IMG/VR virus record: IMGVR_UViG_3300012533_000003
Coordinates: 24,493 to 88,492 of that record
Source of the DNA: a virus
DNA: 64,000 nt
Strand: one strand, 5' to 3'
Shown here: piece after piece, positions 60,523 to 64,000 of the stretch
Layout of the letters: every line of letters begins with the position of its first letter
Numbering within the stretch: position 1 is the stretch's first letter
Position numbers and translations under genes: made by a program
Notes under the pieces: generated by a model
Databases searched by the model: none
Seen by the model: only the letters and a program-made list of their open reading frames with translations
Told to the model about the DNA's origin: nothing

Positions 60523-61596
60523 ATGAGTAATGCTCTGCCGGTGCCCTGGGACCTTACAAATCCAGGATGCGGAAAAGGAAAGATTAATATCTTCTTTGCA
60601 GGAAGCGGATATAGCCATGACCTACTTTATTCTGTCGGAGGAAGAAAAAGGTTAATCTCCTGGCACGCAAACTCGGACGATGAGCTAGATGAGTTTAGAT
60701 TTTCACAATACCGCGGTGAAAGAGTATTTTCGATTGTTGATTCAGGAGCATTTTCCGTCTGGAACAAGGGCGGATCTATTAACGTTGATGAATACGCTAC
60801 AAAGCTCATCGAATTCCTTCAGTTCTTCTCATACGGAGCAAATCTCGATGTCATTCCCGGAAAGAAGGGAATGCCGGCCTCTGAAATCACAAAGCAGATC
60901 ACCGAAGATGCTGCAAGCCAAGGATGGAATAATTATCTTAGAATATGCGAAGTTCTTCGTGCAAACGGTTGTTCCGATTTTTGTCGACGAGTGATGCCAA
61001 TCTACCATCAAGGAGAATCTCTTGATTGGTTGAAGAGAATGGTTGATTATGGTTGTGATTATGTCGGAGTGAGTCCGTCAAATGACTATCATACAAATCA
61101 AAGAATGCATTGGCTTGATGATGTTTATACATATCTCAGGAGACAGCCAGAGATGTTGAAGACTCATGGATATGCTGTGACCTCGCCGACTCTGATGGAG
61201 TCATACCCGTGGTTTAGTGTAGATTCTGCTAGCTGGATTCAGGCTGGCGGATTTGGAACTGTAATGACTCCGTTTGGAAATATCACATTAACTGATCGCG
61301 AAGAATCGATGGCGAAACCTGATAGTTTCGGGGCTGCAAAGTGGAGCCCTGAAATGATGATAAAGGTTGAAAACTATTTCAATTCGATTGGTCTTTCAAT
61401 TGAAGAATTGAAGAAAGATTACAAGGCAAGATGGAAAGCAAATGCTATTCATCTTCTAAAATATGAATCTGAATATGTCTATCAACCAAAACCTCAACAA
61501 GATAATCTCTTCGAAGGATGTGAGACGATCCCTATTGAACCAAAGAATTTTGTTGGCGAAGTGCGGATGACGCTATACGACGCAACGAAAAAGTAG
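60523..61596 (+). CDS. dpdA: TGT-fold DNA deazaguanine transglycosylase-like protein
   Basis: DSGAFS, NLDVIPG, PIYHQGE, HGYA, PWFSVDSASW; next to que genes. Confidence 0.7.
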   Translation: MSNALPVPWDLTNPGCGKGKINIFFAGSGYSHDLLYSVGGRKRLISWHANSDDELDEFRFSQYRGERVFSIVDSGAFSVWNKGGSINVDEYATKLIEFLQFFSYGANLDVIPGKKGMPASEITKQITEDAASQGWNNYLRICEVLRANGCSDFCRRVMPIYHQGESLDWLKRMVDYGCDYVGVSPSNDYHTNQRMHWLDDVYTYLRRQPEMLKTHGYAVTSPTLMESYPWFSVDSASWIQAGGFGTVMTPFGNITLTDREESMAKPDSFGAAKWSPEMMIKVENYFNSIGLSIEELKKDYKARWKANAIHLLKYESEYVYQPKPQQDNLFEGCETIPIEPKNFVGEVRMTLYDATKK

Positions 61597-61690
61597 AGTG
61601 TGCGTATATATTAGTGGCGCAAGGCAATCTCGCACGGCGTCTTGTGCCATGGAGCGGACGGCGAATATAGAATATAATAAACTCTGAGGC

Positions 61691-61730
61691 AACCGCTGTT
61701 GTGGTAGAAATATCACAACAGCGGTTTTTT
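61691..61730 (+). terminator. Intrinsic terminator
   Basis: AACCGCTGTTGTGGTA-GAAA-TATCACAACAGCGGTT-TTTT. Confidence 0.75.
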
Positions 61731-61819
61731 ATTGCTATTCACTGGCCCGTTTACTGTATAGTAGTTGCTTGCCATAAGTAGCTAGATCCAAACAAGTTAT
61801 CCAAAACAAAGGATTAAAA

Positions 61820-62161
61820 ATGTCAAATCAGATTAATAGCCAAAAAGTGATTAGCCAAGCAAAATTGAAGAAGTATCTTGAGTTGGCTGCTTTTGCAGAA
61901 GAGTTTGATCTTCTTAAGAAAGAGATTATTGATTTGATGGTCAATAAGACGAGAATCCAGGCAGGACCTCTCGTTCCGTTTCTCAAGACGCACTACAAGT
62001 CTTCTGTTTCCTGGAAAGACCTATACACAAAGGTTGTCGGAGAAGGCGCCGTCAAGAAGATTCTTGATGATGCTCCAAAAGACATTCCGGTCAATAAACT
62101 GATTGTTGCAGATCGAAATAACCCTGTAGAGGAGAAAAATGCTCCTTGTTCAGCAATCTGA
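61820..62161 (+). CDS. Hypothetical protein
   Basis: AAGGA RBS; TATAGT box at 61757. Confidence 0.65.
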   Translation: MSNQINSQKVISQAKLKKYLELAAFAEEFDLLKKEIIDLMVNKTRIQAGPLVPFLKTHYKSSVSWKDLYTKVVGEGAVKKILDDAPKDIPVNKLIVADRNNPVEEKNAPCSAI

Positions 62162-63759
62162 TTTAACAGGGTTCTTGATTATTTCTTCGACTCTTCTTAT
62201 TTGTGTGATCATCGGAGCTGTTGCCTCTTCAAATTCTAATAGAGATAAGCAAGAGAGGAGCAAGATTAAGGCACATTTGACAGGACATAGAATGATCCTG
62301 CCACAAATGGAATGCCCAAAATGCATGATGATTGGAAGAAAAGGTATGCTTCGATTACACAATGCATTCTGCGTTGATCCAATTTGCAATCAAAAATATG
62401 TTGTGATTTGGAACGGTCAATATGGAATGCTTGTTCCAAAAGAAGAAGCCAACCAATCTTTTGAAGACTATTCCAAAGAGCAACTTAAGCTGTTCAAAGA
62501 ACTTGTTTCGAAATCCGAGGGGGGAAAAAATGAACGGTCTTGTTAAAGGGTTTGATACATATGCAGAAAGAGAAGTTCTTGAGAGAGTTAAGAACTATAT
62601 CAAACTCCGAGATTACAGCGCCTTAAATATTGAGCCACATGGCGATTATGTTCTGACAGACAATCCAAGAATTAGTCTTGCTGTATTTTTCGGAACAGTT
62701 TGTGATAAAAATAACAAAGTTCTCCAAGTCTGGTTGATCTTTGGCGGACTGATAATGATGTATAACCACGAATCCTATCCTCAATTGCAAGGAGCAATTT
62801 CTCATCATATCGGGATGCTTGTTGCGAGTAATTACTTTTGTCTGCAACCAACAGACAAACTTAAATCTGAGATGGGATTCAAATGAATAGAAGAGTTGAG
62901 GTTTGTTCGAAGTGCCTTGATTCATTTACTGGTCTTGAACAAAACGGATTTTTAATTCCTCTTTGGGTTGAAAAAGAAAATTGCTCAAAAGATCTTCCTC
63001 ATGGACCGAAGATCTTTAACATTGAAAAGAAACAATGTTGGCTCTGCTCCATGTCTTCTGGAGATAATTGGCACAGATGAAAAAGATTGAAGTTAATCCC
63101 TATGTAATTCATTACGGGAAAGAACCACAAGATCTTGATGAAAATTCAATAATTAGATTTAGATTTGAAAGACATTATGTCGACATTAGTTTTGATTTCA
63201 GAAATGGCAGAGATCAAATTGAGATAAAATCAGGCTCTGGTCGGCTCTCTGTTCTTCCTATGGTGAGCAATGTGATTCAAGTTGAAATTATAGACATATG
63301 AACATTCCAAATAAAGTCGGGGAAAGATTTCTATGGACTGCCGAAGATGGGCTTTGGTGGAAAATATATTTCACCAATTTGTCGGGTCATTTTCAGAAAG
63401 TTGATCTTGAAAGATTCAACAAGGTCAAAGGTCAATATATTATTCATGGCGATCATAGATATCCAGATAAGTTGAGAGAATTTGCAAGATCAATGCTTGT
63501 ATTTCACGAAGAATTCTTTGCCGCCAAAGTCAGCAAGTTTGCAAGAGATGGTGAGCTTGTTTGCCTTCTTCCTACATATGATGATACATATGCTCTGTTC
63601 GTGAAAGAAAGAGCTAAGTTCTTCAACCTTCTTTGTTGGAAATTCAAGACTGCCGGCGAAAGTGAAATCGATGAAGAAAAGGAAGCGAAGAAGAAATGGA
63701 TGCTTCATGTGATGAATGTCGCTGCAAGCCTTGAATACGACAGGAAAGAGTATTTTTAG
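62139..63759 (+). CDS. Five small coupled hypothetical ORFs (62139-62546 with TM and CxxC, 62530-62886, 62883-63080, ~63077-63301, 63298-63759)
   Basis: Overlapping start/stop chain typical of early genes. Confidence 0.55.
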
Positions 63760-63939
63760 TCATCTACCTGTTTAGCATGCAAGCAGGGTAAAATCATGCT
63801 TTGATTCTTGGCCTCTCTTGCGTTCTTTTTAGTGCCTTTGGGCATTGCTACCTTTTATGTTTTTCGAACGCAAGAGAACGCAACGGTATAACATCTTGCA
63901 AAATAAGAGCTTAGAGCAATTTATTTTCGATCATAAAAA

Positions 63940-63967
63940 TAGGCCACCATCAAGAAATGGTGGCCTA
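63940..63967. terminator. Hairpin, possibly a minus-strand or bidirectional terminator
   Basis: AAAAA-TAGGCCACCAT-CAAGAA-ATGGTGGCCTA. Confidence 0.55.
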
Positions 63968-64000
63968 CTGTTCTCAGCCGACAGGGGCGGGAGCCGGTGC

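Noticed and set aside
61615..61649. GC-rich hairpin after the DpdA-like gene as an ncRNA or preQ1 riboswitch
   Set aside because: Single imperfect stem downstream of the gene, no recognisable aptamer consensus
1..64000. Genome-wide stop codon reassignment
   Set aside because: Code 11 gives dense intact genes ending in TAA, TGA and TAG; only one in-frame TGA seen and no suppressor tRNA
1..64000. Apparent GATC abundance as a modification-target signature
   Set aside because: Impression only; needs a Markov-corrected k-mer count that I cannot run

Overview
Part of a large AT-rich tailed (siphovirus-like) phage genome; all credible genes are on the + strand. 1-16.9 kb is the tail module: tube, chaperones, tape measure, a repeat-built hub, a 2237-aa collagen-containing tip/fibre, and a sharply GC-rich cassette fused into the last fibre gene. 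17-32 kb is a bacterial-type replisome: SF2 helicase, candidate origin, DnaC-like loader, DnaB, DnaG, a sigma-like factor, a beta clamp, DnaE split into two genes without inteins, and a gp32-like SSB. 32-33.6 kb holds a candidate pseudoknotted ncRNA, an HNH gene and four tRNAs. 33.7-46 kb holds host-like accessory and recombination genes (FG-GAP protein, RecA, phosphoesterase, MazG-like, SbcCD, RuvC-like, and a sigma/RuvC-fold fusion). 46-61.6 kb is a modification island with many glycosyltransferases and methyltransferases, a full 7-deazaguanine pathway (FolE, QueD, QueE, QueC, QueF, DpdA-like) and an Acb2/Tad1-like protein. The most promising lead is a possibly fork-coupled preQ1 DNA modification system with unexplained extra sugar and methyl chemistry. 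All calls come from reading motifs by eye; no searches were run.
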